Assembly (NCBI GenBank): GCA_963715865.1
Contig: OY970280.1
Location: 576,001-640,000 of the forward strand
Reading direction: 5' to 3'
Source of the DNA: Candidatus Bathyarchaeota archaeon
Lineage (GTDB): Archaea; Thermoproteota; Bathyarchaeia; Bathyarchaeales; Bathycorpusculaceae
DNA: 64,000 nucleotides
Part shown: positions 9,184 through 16,693 of the stretch, piece by piece
Numbering within the stretch: the first letter of the stretch is position 1
How the letters are laid out: each line of letters starts with the position of its first letter
Position numbers and translations under genes: made by a program
The notes under the pieces: model-generated
Database searches by the model: none
What the model was told of the DNA's origin: nothing
The model's input: the letters and a program-made list of their open reading frames with translations, nothing else

Positions 9184-10533
9184 TCACACTTGTGATGTGA
9201 CTATGCTCCTTGGATAAAACTTGCACTTAACCTGAATCAACATCCGCGCAAGATTGAAATCTTCACCTTGACTCTGCTCAACGCTGATCACAACGTCACC
9301 TATGCCCGGTATCCTGCGTCTGCAAGGCGACCCGTTAGCGTACGTATATTCGGTATTCCAAAGAGGCGCAAGCACGTCATACATGTGAATTATGCGTTCA
9401 ACCTCCGCCTTCAAACTCTCACGCCTCAAAACGTTATCGCCAACAGCAGCACCCGCAGCTTTCGCAACTATTTGCACGGCTACATCCTCAAGCTTAAGCC
9501 ACAACTTACGCGTCACACTGGAACTGCCTAAACTGTAGCAGAAAACAGCGTTTTTCTCTTTCATCTTGAAAAAGTCTAAGGCTCCCGGTTGTGCTCCAAG
9601 CGCTAACTCAATCGGGTTATTACTCCAGAAAATGTCTGTTTTATCAATGTCGTGCTGCCACTCACCCATCAACGTCTGCAGAATAACAGTGCTTCCCTGC
9701 ATCGTGCTCATCGCCGAATTCAAGTAATAATGCAGAAACGCTAAACTTTGACTTGCTTTTCCGTCTGTCTTGCCGAAGAAGTACTCGTAAGGCTCAAACT
9801 GGATAACCTCTGCACCAATGTTTCTACAAAGGCATGCATGTCGAATCAACCAGGAAATAGGCATGTTCTGCGGATCGTTTACAGCGGAGTATTCAGGAAG
9901 CCTATGCCGCGTCTCCCAATACCAGCTCTGGACACTTCCGCCCCAATGCGTAAACAGGCCTTTCACGAGGTTAAAGCCGTCCCAAGGTTCAAGCTCACCT
10001 GAATTAGTAGAAAAGCCAACAGTTACAACATCCTCAAATCCAACAATGTACCCTTGAATATCTTGAAAAACATGATCAACCTTATACTCTGCCCAAAACA
10101 CTTTCAAACCGTGTTCTTCACAAAAAGCAAGAATAGATGTGACATAATCCGTTGGAAACGTCTGACTATACGCTATATACCAGCTTTTAACTTCAAAAAA
10201 CCTCAGCCATTTAACGTTCGCTACCGCCATGACCTGCAAAATCTGGTCAGTAGTCAACTGCGTAACGACATGATCAGCGTACGGCCCACCCTCAAACGCA
10301 GTTAACATAATCGGAATACCCGTCGGTCCTCCAAAATTGTCAGTGATCCAGTCGAGCAAATCCTCAAAAACCTCGTTCCCGTTGTATTCAGGCAGCAAAA
10401 CGATATTCGCGTATTTACCATCATTAGCAGCTATAATCTGCGCGTAAACAGCAGCGACGTCGGGAATGTGAATATCCCCTGTTTTCTCGCTAACATGATA
10501 AACAATCGTATTCAAATTTACCATATCATACAT
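9184..10533 (-). CDS. Two-domain protein: ~275-aa alpha/beta, possibly TIM-barrel-like N-domain plus a ~170-aa tail-terminator-like C-domain
   Basis: Position immediately before the tail tube gene; size and C-terminal strand pattern fit a terminator; the N-part is aromatic-rich and enzyme-like. Confidence 0.5.
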   Translation of the reverse strand: MYDMVNLNTIVYHVSEKTGDIHIPDVAAVYAQIIAANDGKYANIVLLPEYNGNEVFEDLLDWITDNFGGPTGIPIMLTAFEGGPYADHVVTQLTTDQILQVMAVANVKWLRFFEVKSWYIAYSQTFPTDYVTSILAFCEEHGLKVFWAEYKVDHVFQDIQGYIVGFEDVVTVGFSTNSGELEPWDGFNLVKGLFTHWGGSVQSWYWETRHRLPEYSAVNDPQNMPISWLIRHACLCRNIGAEVIQFEPYEYFFGKTDGKASQSLAFLHYYLNSAMSTMQGSTVILQTLMGEWQHDIDKTDIFWSNNPIELALGAQPGALDFFKMKEKNAVFCYSLGSSSVTRKLWLKLEDVAVQIVAKAAGAAVGDNVLRRESLKAEVERIIHMYDVLAPLWNTEYTYANGSPCRRRIPGIGDVVISVEQSQGEDFNLARMLIQVKCKFYPRSIVTSQV

Positions 10534-10741
10534 CTACTTGAATAAGTTCAGTTTTCTGATAAGGGTCAAACAATCTCTTGTAAGCGTTCTTGAAATCTTT
10601 GAACGACTTGAAAACACCGAGATTCGGCCTCGGCAGAGGAAACTGCACAACTGTTGTCCCATCGTCAAAGGTTACTCCGACTAGAAGCAAATCAATGTCC
10701 TTTTGAGGAAGATATCTTCTCACTAGCTTGAACGCTTTCAA
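10526..10741 (-). CDS. Hypothetical protein
   Basis: 71-aa ORF, TTG start after GAGG, overlaps the next gene. Confidence 0.55.
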   Translation of the reverse strand: MKAFKLVRRYLPQKDIDLLLVGVTFDDGTTVVQFPLPRPNLGVFKSFKDFKNAYKRLFDPYQKTELIQVDV

Positions 10742-10981
10742 AAACTAATTACCTCGCTTCTCCTTCTAATAACTGATAAATTGCACATGCAGTTTTAGCG
10801 AAGCATTGCTGCAGTCTTTTATTCCTTTTTCTTGTCCTAAATAACACGCTTTTTCTGGCACGTTTATTACCGCACAGTCACGCTTTATCATTCGTCGGAA
10901 TTACCGTACTGCGCACTTCAAAAACAATGTCAAAACCGTTTTGACTTACTACGAAAGTGTCAAAGGATGACTTGTATTTTT

Positions 10982-11065
10982 TCACAGCCAAATCCTAATC
11001 GCCTCCTCATAACTAGCGTTTAAATGATTTTGAACATCCGAATATTGAACATACGTTACGGTCAT
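10982..11065 (-). pseudogene. Possible remnant of a head-tail adaptor gene (27 aa)
   Basis: AAGGTG SD then MTVTYVQYSDVQNHLNASYEEAIRIWL; aligns weakly to AVYADERAVVNALQMTF in ORF 13260-14024. Confidence 0.3.
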
Positions 11066-11085
11066 ATTTTCACCTTGTTAACGTT

Positions 11086-11123
11086 CACCACGTACATAAC
11101 CAAGGCCTAGAATGTACGTAGTA
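11086..11123. repeat. Inverted pair of the 12-bp motif with a 14-nt spacer
   Basis: CACCACGTACAT-aaccaaggcctaga-ATGTACGTAGTA. Confidence 0.85.
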
Positions 11124-11189
11124 TAAAAAAAGGGAGAGGCCACGCTCATGTGGGAATCATTGGCAAAACGATTTTCCCCTAAGCAGGGT

Positions 11190-11654
11190 TTAACCCGAAG
11201 CCGCTATGGTTGTCGTGTACCCGTAGCTTGTGTTTACAGGAGCATTAGCCAAAACGCTGTCTGTTGCAACTACCGGAATCACTCCGCCTGGAGGCGTATT
11301 CACTGCGCCTAAGAAGTCTATGCCTGCGTAAATGTAGGTGTTCGCGTTAGTTGGAGACCACGCCGACTCGGTAAATGTCCAATTACACGGCGAGTTACCC
11401 ATGTTCTTCATGTAAAACGTGTAGTTCATGCTGCTGTCAGGCGACAAGGTTCCCCAGCTAATTGATGTTAGCGGCTTAGACGCTGCTGTATCTGTGTAGG
11501 CTGCGCAATTAATTGTTTTTACGACTCCAACGTTTCCCGCGTTAGTCACGTTTATTTGAGCGAATATCAAGCCAATTACAACGATAAGCGTGATAACGGT
11601 TCCAATAAGTACGGCTGTTGCAACTTCATAGTTGCTTGACGGTTTCTGAGTCAA
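11190..11654 (-). CDS. Membrane-anchored beta-rich surface protein
   Basis: N-terminal hydrophobic helix followed by a Thr/Asn/Ser-rich Ig-like sequence; GGAGGTGA SD. Confidence 0.7.
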   Translation of the reverse strand: MTQKPSSNYEVATAVLIGTVITLIVVIGLIFAQINVTNAGNVGVVKTINCAAYTDTAASKPLTSISWGTLSPDSSMNYTFYMKNMGNSPCNWTFTESAWSPTNANTYIYAGIDFLGAVNTPPGGVIPVVATDSVLANAPVNTSYGYTTTIAASG

Positions 11655-11680
11655 TTCAATTCACCTCCGATAACGGTTTT

Positions 11681-11968
11681 TTAGAAAAGCCAACTTTGCC
11701 TTGTGAAATAGGTTCTTTCTTTGACGTAGACGGAACTGAGTTTTGTTGCCGCTGGAGTTGAAGTTGGAGGAGTTGGAGCTGAAGGAATAGGAACAGATGA
11801 TCCAGCCCATTCTTTCAAAGCCAAGATCGCTCCTGCAAGGATAGCGCCGACTACTAAGCCGATTGCGAGCCTGCTGGTTGGAAACCCAGCATAAGCCCAC
11901 CCTGCAAGCGTAGACAGAACCACGCCAAAGAAAACCACTATTGCTTGCTGTGCATCATTCAAAGCCAT
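11681..11968 (-). CDS. Small multi-pass membrane protein (holin-like candidate)
   Basis: Hydrophobic N-terminal half, Pro/Thr linker; GGAGGTGA SD. Confidence 0.6.
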   Translation of the reverse strand: MALNDAQQAIVVFFGVVLSTLAGWAYAGFPTSRLAIGLVVGAILAGAILALKEWAGSSVPIPSAPTPPTSTPAATKLSSVYVKERTYFTRQSWLF

Positions 11969-11981
11969 TTAATCACCTCCA

Positions 11982-11993
11982 ATGTACGTGGTA
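11982..11993 (+). repeat. Single copy of the 12-bp motif
   Basis: ATGTACGTGGTA, adjacent to the SD of gene 11681..11968. Confidence 0.8.
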
Positions 11994-12031
11994 AACAAAA
12001 AACAAAGAAAAAAAAAGAAAAACTAAGGAAG

Positions 12032-13111
12032 CTACAGTGTAACAGCCGGCATCACAGGAATGGGGAACAGTCCGAGTATGCGAAAGTTCTTCACGAATCC
12101 CGTATATCCCGCGTCTGAATTAAGCACATACAACGAGATAACATCGTTCATATTGACTGCAACTTGTTGGCTGTATTCGTAATACGTTGTTGTGCTCATC
12201 CCACAATCAGATCCTACTGCTACTCCGTTTTGGTATAATTTACCGGATACCCAATGACCAGAAGTTCCAGCCTTCTCTGAAAAGTTAATCCTAATCGTAC
12301 CCTTGAAGTATCCAACATTAAACTCTTTGACCTTATGGTAAGTCTGCCCATCAGGACCATTTATCTCAGCATCGTTTGACAGCAAAATGTTTGTTACAGA
12401 ATCAGCGTAAGGCCCACCAACAGCAGCGTACAAAACTGGTAACAGCGCTGGCAATATAGCCGGAATATTCGTGTCCAATTGTGTAGCGATGTCTGCTGGA
12501 ATAAGGTCAGTTTTAGTCTTAACCGCAGCTACGTTTCCGCCAGTTTCCAACGCGACAGAAGCACCGATCAAATCAGTCTTGGCTTTAATCGCTGGAACAT
12601 TGGTGTCAAGTTGAGTAGCTGTATCTGCAGGAAGAAGATCAGTTTTCGCTTTGATTGCTGCTACGTTGCCTCCTGTCTCGAGAGCAATACTTGCGCCGAT
12701 AAGGTCGGTCTTGGCTTTGATAGCTGGAACATTGGTGTCTAACTGTGTACTTGTATCTGCTGGTAATAGGTCGGTTTTAGCCTTGATGGCTGCAACGTTA
12801 CCCCCTGATTCAAGAGCAACCGACGCGCCTATCAGGTCTGTTTTAGCCTTGACCGCAGCTACGTTTCCGCCGCTTTCCTTAGCAACAGTAGAATCTTTAG
12901 CTACCGTAGAATCCTTGGCAACGGTCGAATCTTTGGCTAAAACTGTAGAACCTTCAATTTGACTTAAAGTTGCTCCTACGCACGTCGCACCGCCGCCTCC
13001 ACCGCCTGCAGCAACCGCGACGTTAAGGTTCCCGTTAGCATCCGTGCTTAGCTGCTTTATTGATCCATCAGGATTAATTACTTCAATTTTAGCAACTACT
13101 TCTTGACTCAT
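12032..13111 (-). CDS. Fibre-like virion protein with tandem repeats and a C-terminal beta-sandwich-like head
   Basis: AKDSTV repeats, six 22-aa KAKTDL repeats, C-terminal globular domain; GAGGTGA SD. Confidence 0.7.
   Translation of the reverse strand: MSQEVVAKIEVINPDGSIKQLSTDANGNLNVAVAAGGGGGGATCVGATLSQIEGSTVLAKDSTVAKDSTVAKDSTVAKESGGNVAAVKAKTDLIGASVALESGGNVAAIKAKTDLLPADTSTQLDTNVPAIKAKTDLIGASIALETGGNVAAIKAKTDLLPADTATQLDTNVPAIKAKTDLIGASVALETGGNVAAVKTKTDLIPADIATQLDTNIPAILPALLPVLYAAVGGPYADSVTNILLSNDAEINGPDGQTYHKVKEFNVGYFKGTIRINFSEKAGTSGHWVSGKLYQNGVAVGSDCGMSTTTYYEYSQQVAVNMNDVISLYVLNSDAGYTGFVKNFRILGLFPIPVMPAVTL
12470..12950 (-). repeat. Coding tandem repeats: six alternating 66-nt units plus three to four 18-nt units (boundaries approximate)
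   Basis: KAKTDL recurs every 22 aa, alternating with IGASVALE(S/T)GGNVA and LPADT(S/A)TQLDTNVP; wobble positions have diverged. Confidence 0.85.
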
Positions 13112-13119
13112 TTTTCATG

Positions 13120-13233
13120 TCACCTCGTCGCCGCAATGGCAATTTTAAGGTTTCCATTTGCATCAGTGCTTAACTGTTTTTGCGTGCCGTCAGGATTGAC
13201 TAGCACAAATTTCGCTACGATTTCTTGACTCAT
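13120..13233 (-). CDS. 37-aa mini-gene paralogous to the N-terminus of the fibre protein
   Basis: MSQEIVAKFVLVNPDGTQKQLSTDANGNLKIAIAATR versus MSQEVVAKIEVINPDGSIKQLSTDANGNLNVAVAAGG; absent from the ORF track. Confidence 0.75.
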   Translation of the reverse strand: MSQEIVAKFVLVNPDGTQKQLSTDANGNLKIAIAATR

Positions 13234-13259
13234 TTCAAACTTCAACTCTTTGTTTTTCT

Positions 13260-14024
13260 TTAATCGACCATTAAAGGTCTTTTCTGCGGAACCTGACTCG
13301 CAAGCTTAGATTCGCCGATTTTAGCGACCGTAGCAACGTTTGTTAAGGCTCCGCGAAATTCTGATTCAAAAGCTTGAATTGCAGCAAGGTAAACTTCCTT
13401 AGTTACATTAGCCCTAGTCACCAAAAGATCGCCAAGACGGTAATCGAAAGCGCCTTGCAGCGCACCGCCCGAAGCCGTAACAAGAATTCTACGGCACGCT
13501 AAAGCAACAGCCGCTTGAATGCAAGCACGGTACTTTTTGCTTTTAGGATCAACCTGATCCGTCAAGCTGTCAACGTACCCATTAGCAAAGTTGATATGCG
13601 ATAAAACAGCGACTTGAGCTATAGGAAGCCCAAACACCATAAAAGTTTTAGACGCTGAATCAAACGTCATCTGCAAAGCGTTCACTACAGCCCGCTCATC
13701 AGCATAAACGGCAGCACCTGCTTTAAGAGAATCCACAACTAAAGCCGGGTAATCTTTAACTTGCGTAAAATTGGATAATGTACCCGTAACTTGAATCATC
13801 CATAAACCTGTCGGAGCATCGCCCGCGAGATTATACAAAAACTGATACATCCCAACGCTTTTTTTCGTTAAGTTAGAAAGACTTTGCGTCGCGACAGTTC
13901 CACCATTCGGATCAATGATTATTACAGAAACTGTAGTCGGATCAAACAAACTTCCATTTTGATCCTTGAACGTAAATATTTTGGCGACTGTACCGCCAGG
14001 ATTCAAACTTTCACTCATCAACAT
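13260..14024 (-). CDS. Head-tail adaptor-like protein with an N-terminal Ig/BppU-like domain
   Basis: First gene after the MCP; N-terminal beta domain (LFDPTTVSVIIIDPNGG...GLWMIQVTG) and helical C-domain. Confidence 0.6.
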   Translation of the reverse strand: MLMSESLNPGGTVAKIFTFKDQNGSLFDPTTVSVIIIDPNGGTVATQSLSNLTKKSVGMYQFLYNLAGDAPTGLWMIQVTGTLSNFTQVKDYPALVVDSLKAGAAVYADERAVVNALQMTFDSASKTFMVFGLPIAQVAVLSHINFANGYVDSLTDQVDPKSKKYRACIQAAVALACRRILVTASGGALQGAFDYRLGDLLVTRANVTKEVYLAAIQAFESEFRGALTNVATVAKIGESKLASQVPQKRPLMVD

Positions 14025-14059
14025 TACCTGATTATTTTGATTATTTTGATTTTAAAAAA

Positions 14060-14075
14060 TAAAAAAAAGGGAGTA
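14060..14075 (-). terminator. Oligo-U terminator candidate downstream of the MCP
   Basis: Minus strand reads ctcccttttttttatttttt about 30 nt after the spliced MCP stop at 14105. Confidence 0.45.
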
Positions 14076-14104
14076 AAGTTTTTGTGCTTTTTGTGCTATT
14101 GCGT

Positions 14105-15093
14105 TTAGCTTGTTAGACAGTTCGTAATTTTGGCTATGCATTCACCGTTCGTGATTACCGGCGCGTATCTTGTCGTTAAAATTGGCTTAACAAGTTCTTT
14201 GCTCTTGAGCAATTCAACATCAGTGGTCAATGGGCGTTTTAATTCTCTGGTGCTATTGAGGAACAAGCCTGTTCCTTATGGCTACCATCTAAGAAAAATC
14301 CAAGCGGCGCTTGCACTTAATCATAAAAGGCTGCTATGGTTGCCTTCTGATTAATATATGCCGCGCTTAGGTTTTTGCCCGTACTGATGCAATACACTGT
14401 ACCCGCAGGCACAACGTTGCTCCAGCAAAGTTCCCATTCGCCAAGCATCTGCATTGGTTTCTGGGTAATTGGGCTGATAACGTCGTGGTATAAGCTGTAG
14501 TTCGGCAAGTTTTTGATGTCTCGTTTTTGCACTGGATTGCAAAGTATCGTATCCATCAGGAAGTCAGCTTTATTGATTAATGCTTCTGCATTATTGAAAT
14601 CTTCCATACCAGGCGTGCCTGCCTTCGTGAATTCAGTGCCTGTGACAGTGATAGTTTTGCCTGTGCAAGCGTTACTGTTTGCTCCTGGGCATGCCAGATC
14701 AATGACGCCTGAGCAATCTAATTCGATTTGGAAGGCCAACCGCCTCGCAAGTCTTTTGAGTTGCTGGTTAATCACTGGTAGGTCAACGTCTTCAACGACT
14801 TCCTTGGGGATTTCAACGGATTCGCCGCGTTTATACGGGCTTATGGTAACGTAAGACATCGGTGTATAGTCAACTGGAACTGCAGTGCCAGGCGCGATTT
14901 CGCTAATTCCCGTGCTTCTTACACCTGCTTCTTTAACGTAAGTTTTTGTCCTTCCAGATTTTAAGACGTCGTCAGTGAACAGCCGCTTCGTTATCAAGTT
15001 TGGCATAGTCAACTCAAGAATTACCTGATGCAATTCGGGGTACTGAATGGCTGCTGAATCAACAAATGCTAAAGCATCTTCATTAAAACTCAT
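14105..15093 (-). CDS. Major capsid protein (HK97 fold), 298 aa, spliced: join(15093..14356, 14310..14289, 14241..14105)
   Basis: Exons 738+22+137 = 897 nt. Spliced C-terminus ...STGKNLSAAY/APLGFFLV/KRPLTTDVELLKSKELVKPILTTRYAPVITNGECIAKITNCLTS*. The unspliced ORF stops at 258 aa inside intron 1. Confidence 0.92.
14242..14288 (-). other. BHB intron 2 in the MCP gene (47 nt, frame-shifting)
   Basis: Central helix UCUU/GAGA, bulges AG^A and AU^U, intron stem UGGU/ACCA with apical AGGAACA/UGUUCCU hairpin, outer helix UUUU/AAAA. Confidence 0.9.
14311..14355 (-). other. BHB intron 1 in the MCP gene (45 nt, contains an in-frame TAA)
   Basis: Central helix GCAU/GUGC, bulges AU^A and AA^G, intron stem UUAAUCA/UGAUUAA, 9-bp exon-exon helix with one bulged C. 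Confidence 0.92.
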
Positions 15094-15114
15094 GTTTGTT
15101 TTTTCCTCCTGTGT

Positions 15115-15564
15115 TTATCCGAAGATTATCTGCACTTGAGCGTTGGCTACTCCGCCAATTACTACAACGCCCCTTCGGTTTTGCTGAGCGTTGATGGCTG
15201 CTGCGACTTTAGTTTCATCTATGCCGCTGGTGTCAAGATCTCCGGCGACATATGTGTGCATTAAAGCGATACCCGCGTTGCCTGATGTGATGACGTTGCC
15301 TGCTACGAGAGTTACGCCTGACGTGTTTTTGCAGCGTATTCTGTGGCCGAAAACGTACACGTTGAGAGCTCCGTTTCCGCCTTTCGCAACTGACTGAACG
15401 AATCCGACAAACGCTGGATTTGCGCCTGCGCATAAGCTAACTTTGTTGTCGCTTGAAACGTAAACTGGGTCGCCAACTGCTGGGCTTGTGTAACCTGAAT
15501 CAGGGAAGAATGTCTGCTCTAGGTCTGGAACAACTTTTGGTCCTGAACCTTCAAAATAAGCCAT
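15115..15564 (-). CDS. Capsid decoration or cement protein (DUF2190-like)
   Basis: Small Gly/Val/Ala-rich beta protein between the protease and MCP genes (AVGDPVYV, VGFV). Confidence 0.65.
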   Translation of the reverse strand: MAYFEGSGPKVVPDLEQTFFPDSGYTSPAVGDPVYVSSDNKVSLCAGANPAFVGFVQSVAKGGNGALNVYVFGHRIRCKNTSGVTLVAGNVITSGNAGIALMHTYVAGDLDTSGIDETKVAAAINAQQNRRGVVVIGGVANAQVQIIFG

Positions 15565-15566
15565 TT

Positions 15567-16646
15567 TTATTCCTCCTCTTCCTCGTGCACAGTTAAGTCG
15601 GCAGTTAAGCCGCCCATGCGCTTCGCAGCAGCCGCCAATTCAAGGCCTGCTTTTTGCAAGTTACCTTTTCTGGCGAATATGTTGTTTAGCCTTTGAGCAT
15701 CATCTAAGGGAGCATTCAAGCTTCCAACTGTACCTTTACCTGTTGGTTTAGGTCTAGGCACTAATGCTGCTACTGCCGCTTTAACGTCTGCTTCCAATTT
15801 TGCTTCATGTTTAGTCATTGCTTCCGCGATTGCAGCTTTGCATGCATCCAGAATTTGCGTTGTGTTCTTAGTCATTTCCTGCACAAAATCGTCGTACGTC
15901 AATTCCGCGCCAGCTTTCGTTGGCGCCATTGGAACCTGTGGTGGTACTATCGGTGTTTCTGGTGGTTCTGTTGGTTTTGCACTCATTTGTTTTTTTTCTC
16001 CTATTTTTATTGTTTGGTTAAACTCGGGTTTGCCGAGCTGTACCTTTGATTTAAGCTCCTTGATGCCGCATGGACACTTTGACTTATCCGCGCACTCGCA
16101 GACTGAAGCTATCAATGTCTTGCGCTGCGATTCATCCATTGCAGCAGCGAACCCTTTCGGACGGAACTTACTGTTTTTATATGCGCCCTCTGCAACGATG
16201 GAAAGTTCAACGCACTGCGGCTTATGCACTATCTCGTAAGCACCAGCACACAAGTGAACCATAACCATGTTGTCGTCTCTTGTTCTGCCACTGCACAAAC
16301 TGCAGACTATTTCGTTGGAAACAACTTTAGGGCTCACCATAGTCAAATATTTTTTTTGAATCTGCGTTAAAAGCACGGGGTCGCTGGAAACTTCAGCCTC
16401 AAACAAAACCTTGTTTCCATCACGCCGAGCTTTCCTAACCAAGCCTTTAACGTCGCAAACGTCAGTTCCATGATCTATTCGAACCTGCACGCCAGTAAGC
16501 GTAGCCGCAAAATAATCCAAATCTTCCGGCGGTACCTGCCAATTATTCTTGTTAATGGAAACGTCGATAGCTTCGCCTTCGATAATTATGGTTTTTTGGA
16601 TTTCATCAAGGCTTGCCTGGACGTCCACATCGTATTTTAATTCCAT
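15567..16646 (-). CDS. Prohead maturation protease fused to a scaffold region
   Basis: IEGEAID, RIDH, ELSIVAEGAY motifs of HK97-type proteases, CxxC insert, Pro/Ala-rich helical C-terminus. Confidence 0.85.
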   Translation of the reverse strand: MELKYDVDVQASLDEIQKTIIIEGEAIDVSINKNNWQVPPEDLDYFAATLTGVQVRIDHGTDVCDVKGLVRKARRDGNKVLFEAEVSSDPVLLTQIQKKYLTMVSPKVVSNEIVCSLCSGRTRDDNMVMVHLCAGAYEIVHKPQCVELSIVAEGAYKNSKFRPKGFAAAMDESQRKTLIASVCECADKSKCPCGIKELKSKVQLGKPEFNQTIKIGEKKQMSAKPTEPPETPIVPPQVPMAPTKAGAELTYDDFVQEMTKNTTQILDACKAAIAEAMTKHEAKLEADVKAAVAALVPRPKPTGKGTVGSLNAPLDDAQRLNNIFARKGNLQKAGLELAAAAKRMGGLTADLTVHEEEEE

Positions 16647-16693
16647 TTTTGCTTTACCCGCCCATAACTTTCAAAAAACGTCTTTCTAGTGCA

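Noticed and set aside
10920-10975. Hairpin TTTGAC...GTCAAA in the unannotated 10.75-11.0 kb gap as another intron
   Set aside because: The flanks do not form the central helix and bulges, and no convincing ORF is restored.
14130-14354. Plus-strand 74-aa ORF spanning the MCP introns
   Set aside because: Antisense shadow of the spliced MCP 3' end; no SD or recognisable protein features.
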